DNA from: Octopus bimaculoides
Lineage: Eukaryota
Reading direction: 5' to 3'
Assembly: GCF_001194135.2 (NCBI RefSeq)
Contig: NC_068986.1
Location: 113,799,245 to 113,850,786 of the forward strand
DNA: 51,542 bases
A program made the position numbers and the translations under genes. Position 1 is the stretch's first letter, and every line of letters starts with the position of its first letter. Of the stretch, positions 24,555 through 37,819 are shown piece after piece. The notes under the pieces were generated by a model. That model worked only from the letters and a program-made list of their open reading frames with translations. It ran no database searches and was not told the origin of the DNA.

Positions 24555-24932
24555 TTAAATTCCAAAGTATGTTAACTGAAAATATGTCAGAAAAAAAATA
24601 CCTTTGCCATGTGAAGGGCACTGGTATTGAAACTGGATCCAAGTAGTTTCGATACGATATTCTTAACGTCATAGCTATGCCTGTGTTCTTCATTGAACCA
24701 TACACTCTTTTTTCTATAATAGGGTACATTGTTTTTATACATTGCCAAAGGTGGAAAAGAAAATATTTATAACACCTCTAATAATAATAATGACCATCAT
24801 CATGGTAATGATGATCGATAAATGATTCGTTCCTTATATGTATGATGTATTTGTAGCGATAGACGCCATTGATGCCGCAGTTATTCAGTATTTGTATTTC
24901 CGTATATTATGTGCGTATGTACGCGCACACAT

Positions 24933-24966
<34 letters not shown>

Positions 24967-25766
24967 TATATATATATATATATATACAAATACATGTATA
25001 TTAAAATATATATGTGTGTGTATATGTGTATATATAAGTATGTATATACGCACATATGAGTTTAGCCATAAAAAAAAACTGTGATTTTGTGTTCCTTTTA
25101 CAATAATACAATGGAAAGAAAAAAAGAAGGGAAGAAAGAGTGAATGAAAGAAGGAATGGATGATTGAAAGAAAGACAAGTAAAGTATTTTTTTCTCTCTT
25201 GTAACCCATCCAAAATTATCTAAGTCGTTTTCTTTTATCCTATGTTCCATGCACCCAATGCTTGGCAAATTTTCTATCAGCCATCGAAGACTGGCTACGT
25301 CTAAACACAAGCCACCACACATATGCGAAACTCTATATGAGTGTGTGTATACACACACACACATATATTTACGTATGTAAGTATATATATATATATATAT
25401 ATATATAGATAGATAGATATAGATATATGTTATGTTCCTTTTGAAACGCCTATGTGTTGTGTGCGTCCGCACTCATGTAAGAGTGAGTACAAGAACATAC
25501 GTGTGTGTGTTTGTGTGTGTGTGTGTTTGCGTGTGTGTGTTTGTGTGTGTGTGTAAATTTCATGTATGTTCGTTCAAGAACTTTAATACATCCAGCTGTT
25601 CACATTTTTAGATATTTTTTTAAAATATATTTAATCCGGATGAATTAGAAATTTGGAAGGAATTCAACGCTTACAATATCATACACACTGTCTGCCTAGA
25701 AATTACTCATATTTGTTTGTTACTGCTTTTACTCTTTATACACACACATACATAAACATACACGTG

Positions 25767-25816
<50 letters not shown>

Positions 25817-26179
25817 TGTGTATACTTGAAAATATATGTATATGCATATCTTTTATCCTTTACATGATTCGACCATTTGAACTGCGGCCATACCCGGTCC
25901 TGAATGATTTTAGAGTAACNNNNNNNNNNNNNNNNNNNNNNNNNNNNNNNNNNNNNNNNNNNNNNNNNNNNNNNNNNNNNNNNNNNNNNNNNNNNNNNNN
26001 NNNNNNNNNNNNNNGATAGAATAAATGCATACAAATAAAAATGATAATAAAAATATACACTACAATACTATTTTAACTTCGCGGATCTTCACCTATCGCG
26101 GGGTTTTGGGAACGTAACATCTGCAATAGTCGTGGGATCTATATATATATATCTATATATATATATATATATATATGAG

Positions 26180-26575
26180 AAGCTACCTTTTCCCAACCAT
26201 ATGGTTCTGGCTTTTGTCCTGCGTGGTACTTCAGGCAGGTGTCTCCTATTATAACTTCGGTCTGACAAAAGCCTTGTGAGAGGATTTGGTTTCGTCAGAA
26301 TCTGAAAGAAGCCTATTATATGCCACTGTGTGCCTGTGTCTCTGTGTCTCTCTCTGTGCGTTTGCGCGCACACATTTGTGTCTGCGTTTGGCTCACCTCT
26401 TCTGCTTGGCAGCCAGTATTGGCGTGTTTACGCCACTATAACGTAGCTGTTCGCAAAACGAAAGCGATAAAATGAGTATCAAGCTATAAAAAAAATAAGC
26501 ATTTCGGTCGATCCATTCCACTAAGTATTTTTCAAGGTGGTGCCCAGCATTGCCGCGGTTTAATGACCACTAAAC
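26180..26575 (+). mobile_element. Old SINE family A
   Basis: Diverged but colinear with family A. Confidence 0.7.
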
Positions 26576-26724
26576 TAGAATTCCATGTCATTTCGTCAGC
26601 ATCAGCAGCCATTTTGAACTCAATGTGATTGGTTGTAACCCAATCTTTTAATTGATTCAACACATTATCTGACGATATAAAATGAAATAGATAATGTATT
26701 TTTTTATTATTCAATATTCTTGTC

Positions 26725-26943
26725 ATCCGTTGAGCTGGCAGAATCGTTAGCACGCCGGGCGAAATGCTTAGCTGTATTTCGTCTGTCTTTACGTTCTGAG
26801 TTCAAATTCCGCCGAGGTCGACTTTGCCTTTCATCCTTTCGGGGTCGATAAATTAAGTACCAGTTGTGTACTGGGGTCGACCTAATCGACTGGTCTTTTC
26901 CCCCAAAATTTCCCACCTTGTGCCTAGAGTAGAAAAGAATATT
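26725..26943 (+). mobile_element. SINE family B (tail 1) with TSD-like flanks
   Basis: Near-consensus; flanks aatattcttgtcatcc / aatatttctgtcgtcc. Confidence 0.9.
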
Positions 26944-27064
26944 TCTGTCGTCCCTTGTGACATTTCGAATCCAAATTCCCCCCGAGATCGACCTTGTCTT
27001 TTATGAATTCGGTACCAATTGAGTATTGAGGTCGATGTAATCGTCAATATCGACATTTTTTAGG

Positions 27065-27370
27065 CCATCTTCTAAACCTTCAGTCACTCGTAAACTTGTG
27101 TGCGGCTCGTACACTCCTCTCCATACACTTTCTTCAACTTTGCGTGGGCGTCTGAGGCGGCATCGTCATAACAACTTTGTCATGGTCAGTGCGACGATCA
27201 CAGCTTGCAAACGTCACTTTGAAGCACTGTTGCAAGAAGTAGAAATGAGCAAGAATGTTAAACTTACTGCACATGCACAGCAGGGGACGAGGTCAATCTG
27301 TGCCAAGCGGCTTTACAATGAATGCTTTAGCTTCGTTACTATGGTAACAGTCCGGATACTTACTGATCAG
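27065..27370 (-). mobile_element. Mariner-type transposase N-terminal HTH fragment
   Basis: Minus frame AASDAHAKLKKVYGEECTSRTQVYE*..RF.DG fits the mariner pattern 'A.ET...L..VYG....SR..V.EW..RF..G'. Confidence 0.75.
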
Positions 27371-27757
27371 ATCTCACATACGTGTATGTATGCATGTGTT
27401 AATACATAAAGGTCATTCTAAGATTAGGTGGGAATAGGAGGAGGAGAGAGAGGAAGAAGAAGAAGAAGACCCTTTTCCACACAGCTTTCCAAATAATGAG
27501 ATTAAAGAATATAAAAAAATATAATGAAATGATTATCAAAAAGGATTCTAAGGCAACTTGAAAGATCTTTTCATGAATTTCTTGTTAATTAATTTATTTA
27601 TTTTTAATCTTAATCTCTTTCTGTATTCTTTAAAGACGTTTGTTTGTTTTGTTATTTTTGTCATCTCAACCTCTTTCTCATCATAAACGTTTAAACACAC
27701 ATTCGATTATTAAAATATCCTTTACATTTTTATTAATTTCAATATCCATTATTGTTG

Positions 27758-27795
<38 letters not shown>

Positions 27796-27824
27796 GTTGT
27801 TGTTGTTGTTGTCATCAATATTAT

Positions 27825-28025
27825 TGGCAGATTCGTTAGCACGCCGGACGAAATGCTTAGAGGCATTTCGTCTGTTGCTGCGTTCTGAGTTCGAATTCCG
27901 CCGAGATAGGCTTTACTTTTCGGGGTCGATAAATCGAGTACCAGTGAAACACTGGGGTCGATGTAATCGACCAGTCCCCCTCCCCCAGCATTCAAGCTTC
28001 GTACCTATACTACAAAGGATCATTA
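27825..28025 (+). mobile_element. SINE family B
   Basis: Head, B box and central domain present. Confidence 0.85.
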
Positions 28026-28274
28026 TTGTTCTTTCCGATTGATTTGCATTTCTATTTCATCTTCCGTCCGAGTCTCAACCACAGACCTAAGGTACGTATA
28101 TATCAGATGGAGAGAAACTTCCTGAGAATATGGGCGGGTGATGTCAACACAACATTTTAAATCTAATAGCCTGTTGGCATCCCAGGAATCTGATCAAAAG
28201 AATTGTCAGTACCTTTCTCAATCATTCCAAGGGTACTTGCAACAATCATCACCATCATCATCATTATTACTATT

Positions 28275-28625
28275 ATTCCGTTACATATTCTCCCTCTGTT
28301 ACAGCCTCAACGTGGTGCTTGTACCATTTGTCAGTAGTTTTGATTTTATAATGCCGACACATTATCCAGTATAGCTATTGACCAATTCTGTCATGTCTTG
28401 ATTTGTACTCTACAGGTGCAGAAATGAGGTGGTCCACTGTTTCTATTCCATCGTTGCAGTATCGGCACTTTGGGTCTACACCATTTTCCATCACCTTGGC
28501 TTGATCGTTCCGGGTCAATAAGCTCTGATCTTAGGCAGTGAAGAACAAGCCTTTACTCTCTGTTCTTAGCCCTGAGCTCCGTAACCACGAATGTGTGTGA
28601 TTCTGAACTAAATCAGTTTCTTTGC
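28275..28625 (-). mobile_element. Dong/R4-clade LINE fragment (CCHC zinc-knuckle region)
   Basis: HSWLRSSGLRTESKGLFFTA*DQSL...DPKCRYCNDGIETVDHLIS...EYKSRHDRIG..LYWIMCRHYKI...KWYKH. Confidence 0.82.
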
Positions 28626-28805
28626 TACGGGCTACATATTTGCCATGCAGCGAGTTTTTTCCCCAACTCCTATCAGCAAATTGTTCAAACGCATTATTCT
28701 TTGTCATTCATTTCACCTCCTTTGTAACTACAGTTGCTGCACTTCCCTCGTGCTGTTTAACCTGGGTGTTACGCATAAACTTATTTGAAAATATTTTGCT
28801 CTCTT

Positions 28806-28970
28806 GGCGCAGGAGTGGCTGTGTGGTAAGTAGCTTGCTTACCAACCACATGGTTCTGCGTTCAGTCCCACTGCGTGGCACCGTGGGCAAGTGTCTTCTA
28901 CTATAGCCTCGGGCCGACCATAACCTTGTGAGTGGATTTGGTAGACGGAAACTGAAAGAAGCCCGTCGTG

Positions 28971-29020
<50 letters not shown>

Positions 29021-29226
29021 TTTGTCCCCCCCACCACCATCGCTTGACAACCGACGATGCTGGTGTGTTTACACTTCCGTTACACTAGCGGTTCGGCAAA
29101 AGTTACCGTTATAATAAGTACTAGGCTTACAAAGAATAAGTCCTGGGGTCGATTTGCTCGACTAAAGGCGGTGCTCCAACATGGCCACAGCCAAATGACT
29201 GAAACAAATAACAGAGTAAAGTAAAA
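28806..29226 (+). mobile_element. SINE family A (tRNA-derived, CORE-like), best-preserved copy
   Basis: A box tggctgtgtgg, B box gttcagtccc, CORE-like 'ggcaccgtgggcaagtgtcttct', central (AT)(GT) microsatellite, tail ggcggtgctccaacatggcc..aaatgactgaaac. Confidence 0.95.
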
Positions 29227-29239
29227 TTAAGGGGTGGGG

Positions 29240-29450
29240 AGAAAGAAAATTCACGGCGACAATGCTCTTCTCAGTACGAGTGACCAGTTAAGACACCCTT
29301 TTGCATGTCCTGCATGGATGGTAAGCCAGGGACCATTGTTAAATAATTTTCAGCTCCTTTTTCTGATCATTCCACGTGCTTCTACAATCACTGGTAACCG
29401 TTTTGAGATGCCACAACTTTTCGATTTCGTTTAGCAGATCTTTATATTTT
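29240..29450 (-). mobile_element. Dong/R4-clade LINE C-terminal (REL endonuclease) fragment
   Basis: KYKDLLNEIEKLWHLKTVT fits 'KY.DL..EI...W.LK...IPV..GALG'. Confidence 0.72.
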
Positions 29451-29546
29451 CTTCTTCTTCGTCTTCTTCTTATTATTTTTATTATTATTATTATTATTGG
29501 CAGAGTCGCTAGCAATAAATGTATGGTGATATTTCTCACAACTTTA

Positions 29547-29757
29547 AGGCAGCGAGCTAGCAGAATCGTCAACACTCCGGGCGAAACGCTTAGTGGTATT
29601 TCGTCCCTCTCTGTATCCAAATACCACCGAAGTCGACTATCCTGTCCATTCTTTCGGGGTCGATAAATTAAGTACCACTGAAACAATGGAGTCGATGTAA
29701 TCGACTTACCTCTTCTTCAAATATGAGGCATTGTGCTTATAGTAGAAATGATATTTC
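29547..29757 (+). mobile_element. SINE family B (tail 1), TSD gatatttctcac
   Basis: Diverged copy flanked by a 12-bp direct repeat. Confidence 0.8.
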
Positions 29758-29879
29758 TCACCTCATTATCCGTTCCCATCTTCAGGTTCAAATCTCACCA
29801 GACAAGTACCAGAGACGATCTTATCGACTTACCCTTCCCTCTAAAATTGCTAGTCTTGTTAATATTAACTTTATTCTCG

Positions 29880-30111
29880 GAGCGGCGAGCTGGCAGAATC
29901 GTTAGCACGCAGGGCGAAATGCTTAGCGGTATTTCGTCTGCCGTTACGTTCTGAGTTCAAATTCCGCCGAGGTCGACTTTGCCTTTCATCCTTTCGGGGT
30001 CGATTAAATAAATACCAGTTACGCTCTTGGGTCGATGTAATCGACTTAATCCATTTGTCTGTCCTTGTTTTTTCCCTTCTATGTTTAGCCACCTGTGGGC
30101 AATAAAGAAAT
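29880..30111 (+). mobile_element. SINE family B (tail 2)
   Basis: Near-consensus; tail ...gtctgtccttgttt..ccc.tctatgtttagcc..ctgtgggcaataaagaaata. Confidence 0.93.
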
Positions 30112-30633
30112 ACGCATTAGCTTTATGCGTTAGTATGTATATATGAATGTACTACGTATATGTATGCACGTCTATATTATACACACGCATTTATTATTAT
30201 TTTGTAGTGTTTTTTGCTGTATATATTAATTTTTTTACTGTTATTTATGATTGGAATGGTTATCGAGATGAACATAATCTTGATTCGGTTGGATAATTGA
30301 CAGATTCAGTTCAATGCCGGTCGTAATGCCTTGCAATGTTTATAAGCAGACTTTAACGCCGTGTTCAACTTCTTGCTTGATTCTGATGTCGATGAAATAT
30401 GGCTAAACTTAATTATGGGAATGAATATTTCTTTACTCGATTATACCAAGAATTTGGAGTTGGATGTGTACTTCAGAAGATTACTTCGAAATTATGCGAT
30501 TTGTTTTCAAAAATAATCCTTCGTACTTTGTGAAGAGGTCTTGGAGTCTTGAACTGTTGTGGTTAATAAACATGAATATATGCAAAGATAGATAGACAGA
30601 TAGACATAGTTAGATACGCGTATCTATATGTTA

Positions 30634-30678
<45 letters not shown>

Positions 30679-31049
30679 ATCCATACAAGTATTTGCAATA
30701 CATCTTGTTGCTACGTGCTCTAATTTCAAATGAGAAGTTGGTCAAATGGGATTTGCCAAAAATGAACTCGTCCAGCGAGCAGGAATAATTTGTCGTATCC
30801 TGAAACGAGCAACAAACGTAAATTTATTAGATAAAATATTTTATTTTAGCATGTTCGTGCGCATGTAAATATATATATGTCTATGTGTGTGTGCGTTTGA
30901 ATGTGTGTGCGTGTGTCTGTGTGTATACGTACAACAAAATAAGATGGAAGCTTCTTGCAGATCGATTAACTGATGACATATACATACCGGATGATTGTAT
31001 GTTGTATATGTTCCCCACCATGGACGGAGCACCGGAGTATCACGTGATA

Positions 31050-31182
31050 CCGCATATTTCTCAGTTGATTGGACTGTTTCAATGTGAAATGAAGTACCTT
31101 GCTTAAGATGCATCAGCAGGTACCCGAATCGAAACCACAACCATGAGTGCTACTCTTTAAGCACTAACCCACGCGACTCACC
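31050..31182 (-). mobile_element. Old tRNA-derived SINE (family E) fragment
   Basis: Reverse: gtgagtcgcgtgggttagtg..taaag..gttgtggtttcgattc head and 'aagcaaggtacttcatttcaca' body. Confidence 0.5.
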
Positions 31183-31401
31183 ACCTCACCACTATATATT
31201 TATGTATATGTGTGCATGTGTGTGTGTATTATGTGTGTGTGTGCGTGTGTGTGTGTAGATATAGATAGATATAGATATATAGAGAATGCAGTTATGCAGT
31301 AACATGCACCACTGCATATTTGACACACTCACTCTCTCTCTTTCTCTCACTCTCTTTCACACAGTACACACACACACACATATATATACATGATATATAT
31401 T

Positions 31402-31435
<34 letters not shown>

Positions 31436-31806
31436 ATGATAGATATATAGTTCGATAGATAGAAAACGAAAGTGAAAGTGAATGCCATTATATTGTATTG
31501 CTTTATTTATTACACTAATCACCATATATTGTTGTCATTATTGTTATACCGTCCTTCCATAATCAGCAAGCCTCCCCTCCCCCATTACTCCATTACTAAC
31601 ATTCAATTTCTACAATGACTTTAACTGTCCCGTTTTTCAGTCTCTCTCTCACTCTCTCTCCATCTTTCTTCCTCTCTCTCTCTCGCTCTCTCTCCATATA
31701 ACTGCCTTCATTTGCTAAGATACTATTAGCTTTGAGGTATCTATGTATCTATCCCTCTTATAAGTCGGATAATCTATCTGACAGGTTTCAAGCATGCGTA
31801 TGTTAC

Positions 31807-31856
<50 letters not shown>

Positions 31857-32196
31857 NNNNNNNNNNNNNNNNNNNNNNNNNNNNNNNNNNNNNNNNNNNN
31901 NNNNNNNNNNNNNNNNNNNNNNNNNNNNNNNNNNNNNNNNNNNNNNNNNNNNNNNNNNNNNNNNNNNNNNNNNNNNNNNNNNNNNNNNNNNNNNNNNNNN
32001 NNNNNNNNNNNNNNNNNNNNNNNNNNNNNNNNNNNNNNNNNNNNNNNNNNNNNNNNNNNNNNNNNNNNNNNNNNNNNNNNNNNNNNNNNNNNNNNNNNNN
32101 NNNNNNNNNNNNNNNNNNNNNNNNNNNNNNNNNNNNNNNNNNNNNNNNNNNNNNNNNNNNNNNNNNNNNNNNNNNNNNNNNNNNNNNNNNNNNNNN

Positions 32197-32250
<54 letters not shown>

Positions 32251-32440
32251 GAGGAACAGACAAAGAGAGAGAAAGTGTGTGCGAGAGGGAGAGATATGAA
32301 CTTACATGCATTCAGAAGAACAGAAATAGACAGACACAGACAGACAGACAGATTGAGAGAGATATATAGCAAGATTGATTAATAGATTGATAGGATAAGA
32401 AAGAAAGATGGACAGATAGATAGATTGAGAGAGAGGATAA

Positions 32441-32474
<34 letters not shown>

Positions 32475-33698
32475 TATTCATCTATCTTCCAAATTGCCCC
32501 ATACTCACTCTTTTCAATGCAAAGAGTACTACTTGTGATCAATTGTATATAATATAATGTAATATAATATTATATGCGTGTGTGTATATATACATACATA
32601 TATATATATATATGTATTATACACACATGTGTATGTGTATAATATTGACGTGCATACATATACGTAGTACATTCATATCTACATACGCATACATCCATGG
32701 ATACACGCGTATATATACATACAGTTTATACGCTTTACAAATAATAATAATACAAACACATAAAACTAGTTTTAAGTTGCTTGCTGTTCGCCAAAGTAGC
32801 GACATCAAATACAATTTTGTGAATGAATATTACAAATGGCTACGTTTGAATAGGACGTTAATTAAGGCCTAATCTGATGTCGCTAATGAGGGGAAATCAT
32901 TGTAAACGCCATTTACTACTCTTTTTTTTTTTTACGTCTTGTCAATTCATAATTGAAGAAGGCAAGGGAGAAAGACATGGAACCAGTTCCGTGATCCCTA
33001 TTTAAGTGTACCTCCCCCTCTTCCCTCTCCTCTGAATGACTCTCTCTCTCTCTCTCTCTCTCCTGTGTTCTATATACTGCCTAACCTCTTTCCTCGCTGT
33101 CCCATACCCTTCTTACCGTTCCTCTTCTTCATAGAAATTATTTAGTTTTTTACTCAATCTTCTCTTTACCGTGGTGGTAGCCGCCGTCTCCCCGCACACT
33201 AATGATAATATACTGAATTGAAACATTTTCGATTATCTAAGATATTAAGCCATGCAATTAGTAGACACAAACTTCCCTCTGTGGGGTGGAAAGCTGATTC
33301 CAACAAGACGACTCGATCGAAGTTTTTTGTGCCCTACATACAGAAGACATTTGAGTAGAGCTTGAGATTTCCTAACCAGTAAGTGAAACATGGAGTATAT
33401 TCCGGTCTATATGAGAGCTCCTAAGAAATGCATATTTTTCTTCCAAGGCAAAGAATGAATGAATGATCGATGTGTGTTTGCTGTGAGGGTGTGACACTGT
33501 GCATGTGTGTGTGTGCGTGTGTGTGCGTGCGTGTGTGTGTGTAGAAAGAAACAAAGACAGAATGCTGTCAGGCTGATTACGCTTTTCAATAATATTGTTT
33601 GTTGTATCACCTCCTTTTTTTCTGCCCCCTCCCACGCCTTTTCCCCTCTCTCATACATAATATACATGCTTATTATAAGTATATATACACATATATAT

Positions 33699-33752
<54 letters not shown>

Positions 33753-34791
33753 GGCATAGCATAGTGGTGCAACAATGCAGCAATATCTATGTATATATAT
33801 TGACTTGCATCTTTTCTCCAGAGAGGAAACAAGCAGGGACCCCGTTTTCATTTGGTCAATACGAATAGCAGCGACGCATTTGAAATCTTCTTCGGATCTC
33901 ATTCTATATTCTTAAATCAGTAAAAGACCAGAGTGGAAACGTTTGGTTGGAGTGCTTCTCTTCATTAATATGGTCATTGTTTCCTAATCTGGATCTATAA
34001 ATATCGGTAATGGAACTCTTGGACGGGATGCGAGGTATTCTAGTTTGTCATTTAGCAGTAAGCCTTGGAAAAACAGTTTGGTGGAAGGAAACATATCAGT
34101 AAAAAATAATTTTGCGATTTCCGAGACGAGAATCTGATTCCAAACTGCTGGCATTTTTCTCCCAAGTCATGTCAAATCCACCATTTAGGTGAGCCTTGTC
34201 TTATGTTTTTCAGCATCACACATCGACGAAGTTGACTCAGAGAGAAAAACAATCATGAGAATTTGGAAACGACAGGCACTTTCCACAGACGACTGTGATC
34301 TGGAAGGCCTTTAAATAGTACAGGGTGTTCAAAAAGTCTCTCCGCATGTGCAACTTAGCTATCACTGCGTGGGCAATCGGGTGTCAGCTCGTTTCTGTAT
34401 GGGTGTGTGTGTGTATGTGTATGGGTGTATGTGGGTATGCACGCATGGGTGTGCGCATATGTATGTGTGTATGTGCGTACACGCAAGTGTTTGTACATAG
34501 GTGTCTGCACGCTAGCAGACACATATGTAAACATTCACTTTAATTATCTCTCCTCACCCACCCGAATAACTCCTTGACCACAACCTTTAGCATCACATCA
34601 ATTACACCCTCCCTTTATATTTCTATGTAAACTAGCCTTCTTATGCCTAAAGCCCGTGGAATAATATCGGTGACCCCGTCATAACTCTATGTAAACAAAC
34701 CTTCTGACGGTCACTGACCATGTAACATCTCAGCTGGTAAGTTACCCCATCATTTCGTTTTTGTCTTGCTACTACATGTTTTATTATGTTC

Positions 34792-34875
34792 TCCCTGATG
34801 AGAAACAAGTGATGATTCCAGCAACCCTTTCTTTTTTGTGAAATGGCCCTCACTTGCTTCGAAACATATGTAGGA
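34792..34875 (+). ncRNA. Type-I hammerhead ribozyme motif with intact core
   Basis: tcc CTGATGA gaaacaagtga-(~37 nt loop)-tcacttgcttc GAAAC ATAT GTA gga: stem II 10/11 bp opening with a G-C pair, palindromic ACATATGT stem III, GUA triplet, 3-bp stem I. Confidence 0.72.
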
Positions 34876-34930
34876 ATTAAAGGAACTTTCATCGACATGC
34901 GTTTTGCTCCATTTGTTGTTATTATCTATC

Positions 34931-35004
<74 letters not shown>

Positions 35005-35769
35005 CCACTACCACTACTACTATCACTTCTACTACAACTACAGTAACCACGATTAGGGTGCTGTTGACCATGGGTCTGCTGGGTCAGAACTTAATAAAAA
35101 ATCTCTCATCCTCGTGGTCAGCACTGTCCGGTTTATCCTTTCGCTTGTCAGACGGCAGTGTACTGTGAGAAAGTTTAGCTGCTATTTCTAGTTCATCAAC
35201 CGACCATATCGAGTCTGCCTCGTTACCTGGCAGCTTTAATTATTAATCAATTTACAGAAATATCATATAATAAGTGAGATGTTTCAGACAATTTTACTGA
35301 TCAAAGATCGATACATCGATATGTTACGTTATTTTCAGTCCACTTCTTCACCATTCGATCAAGAAGGTTTCTTCGCATTTAATCGTATAATATAGGATTA
35401 TGAAATCAGGCTAATGATTCGCGATCCGTGATCCGGCAAGGGATTTCTTTTTAATCCGTTTATGGTCAACTATAAATTATTTATGTATGTGTGTGTTTGC
35501 GTGTGTATGTATGGCTGTATAATGGGGTATATAAGTATATATATGAGTGTTATTGTGCAGAATACTATGTGCATATATGTATGCTTTTATGTATGTATGT
35601 ATGGATGGATGGATGGATACAATGTGTAGTGCGTGTATATTTGTGGTTGAGTACGGTTCTATATGTGTAAACATAACTGTATATATGACTGATGTAATAT
35701 AATATAGTCATGTGTAGATATAGAATGATGTATATGTGTTCATGCATGTATATGTGTATGCATGTATTT

Positions 35770-35915
35770 TTTAATTCTTTAACTTGTTTCATTCATATGA
35801 CTGCGGCCATACTGGAGCACCACCTTTAGTCGAGCAAATTCTTTGTAAGCCTAGTACTCATTCTATCGGACACTTTTTGCTGAACCGCCAGATTACGGAG
35901 ACGTAAACAAACCAG
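35770..35915 (-). mobile_element. SINE family A 3' half
   Basis: gactgcggccatactggagcaccacctttagtcg...aagcctagtac. Confidence 0.8.
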
Positions 35916-36659
35916 TATGTATGTGGGTGGGTGTATGTGACTACTTAGTGTTGTATGTATGAATGTATGCATGGATGTATACATGTGTGTATTAATGTAT
36001 GTATGAATGTCTGTATGCATCTATGAATGTACGTATGAGTGTGTATATATATATTTGTGAATTCTTGGTATTGTAGCGTTCATATCTGATTTATTAGAGG
36101 TTTTTAGTTGTAACAGTGAACGTCCATTACTCTTGTGTGGAATGAATGAAATGTTATGTAGTACATGTATACACATACACACCCACACATATACATATAT
36201 ATATATAGTTGACGCCACAAAAGTTTAGAAACTTCGAGGACCTGAATTCATTTTAGGAACGGTGAATTTAGAGGCTTCGAAATTAGTATCGAAATTCACT
36301 CATTGGATAGCATGTACATTTTTTGCTTAAAAACCCTTTCGAAAACCTTCGACTCTTCCTTTCCAAACGGTTTTTTTTTTTACCCAAAGTTTAGACGCAA
36401 TATTTATATCTTTATATGTTTCGAGATTCACAGTTCCTAAAAAGAAATATATATAACAGTAAGATTATATTTACAATAGACATATGATGTGCATTCCAGC
36501 CGGTTTTAAATTTTTTAAGGAAAAGCAGTATTAACTGTTCTAGATTATTGTAATTTTAGTATGTCAAGATAATAAATCTAATAAGCTGACCTGCCACCTT
36601 TTGTTATTCCAGATTGATAGAGACATCTCTAAACTTCTTTTGTAGCCCATAATCATTGA

Positions 36660-36875
36660 CAAGTGGGGAAAATGTTAAGTGGCTACCGGTTCCATGGAAC
36701 AATTTAATCTTTTCTGATAAATCTTTATTCACCATTTTACTTCACTTCGGGGCACGTTTATTCCTGGAGACAACCCAAAGAAGCTTTCAGACTGAGTGTT
36801 TGGCCCTTATCTTGAAGCATGGCTGTGGATCTGAGAGGAGTTCTACAGTTATATCATGGAATTCTTCTTACTCTT
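36660..36875 (+). mobile_element. Tc1-family transposase fragment
   Basis: WNNLIFSDKSLFTI...GA.LF.....F..ECL...LKHGCGS.....ISW fits the Tc1 pattern 'W..V.FSDES.F......VKHGGGS.MVW..IS'. Confidence 0.6.
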
Positions 36876-37819
36876 AATATATTCTAAATGACAGAATTAA
36901 CGGCAAAAATTGTCTGTGGATTTTGGCACATAGGTTTAAACATTGTTGCCTGATAGTAGCACAATCTTTTTTATACACATATGTATGTATGCATATGTGT
37001 ATATCTTTACATCTATGTATATATACGCCATACTTGCTATAAATCTGTTATTCAATAAGCATGCGTATAATAGATTTCAGAATAAACTTAAAACGGTTCA
37101 TACATAAAGAGTGACGAAGAATAGTATTGTTATCTTAACTAAATGAATTAAGTTTATTGTGGAAATTAAAACACGAAATAAGGTAAACATCTCGAAAACA
37201 CCTTTAAATATTCATGTGTTTGTTCAGGATATATTTTATGGAAGTTTATGCTGAAGTAAACAAATTGTATAAAAACATTTAGGATATGAATGTATGTCAG
37301 TGTGCGTTTATGTATGTAGGTGTATATATGTATACATCCGTGTCATTCTGTATGTGCATATGTGGGTGGTTAAATGCGTGGGTGGGTTCGTGTTAGTATG
37401 TATGCATATTCATTTACACAACCTCTACCCACACACATACACACACACATATATATAAAGAGAGAGAGAGAGAGAGAGGGGGGAAAGAAAGAATGAAGGA
37501 AAGTGAAAGAGCGTGAAAGGGAGAAATATTTAAGAAACGAGTAGAAGTGTATATGTGTGGATATAGGTGGATATGCGTGTATATCTCATCCCTCGTAGGT
37601 CTATATTTAATACTTTAATCCCTTTATAAAACATCTATTAAATATGTCTTACAAAATAGCATTATAGGATTAGGAAGGGATAATGGATTATAGGGGAGTC
37701 AGATGAGCTTCATCTTGAAAATGGTCATTTGCGTACTTTATTTAAATCTATACAATTATATTATTACATTGGAAACGAAATCTGTCCGTTATTAATTTCG
37801 TTATTAATATAATTATCTA

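Noticed and set aside
27098-27409. 103-aa plus-strand ORF in relatively GC-rich DNA
   Set aside because: Antisense to a mariner transposase HTH fragment
30330-30520. Open frame ADFNAVFNFLLDSDVDEIWLNL...
   Set aside because: Only vague resemblance to an L1 endonuclease or MULE transposase; cannot be assigned
34319-34343. TA + cagggtgttcaaaaagtctc resembling a Tc1/mariner TIR
   Set aside because: No matching opposite TIR found in the window
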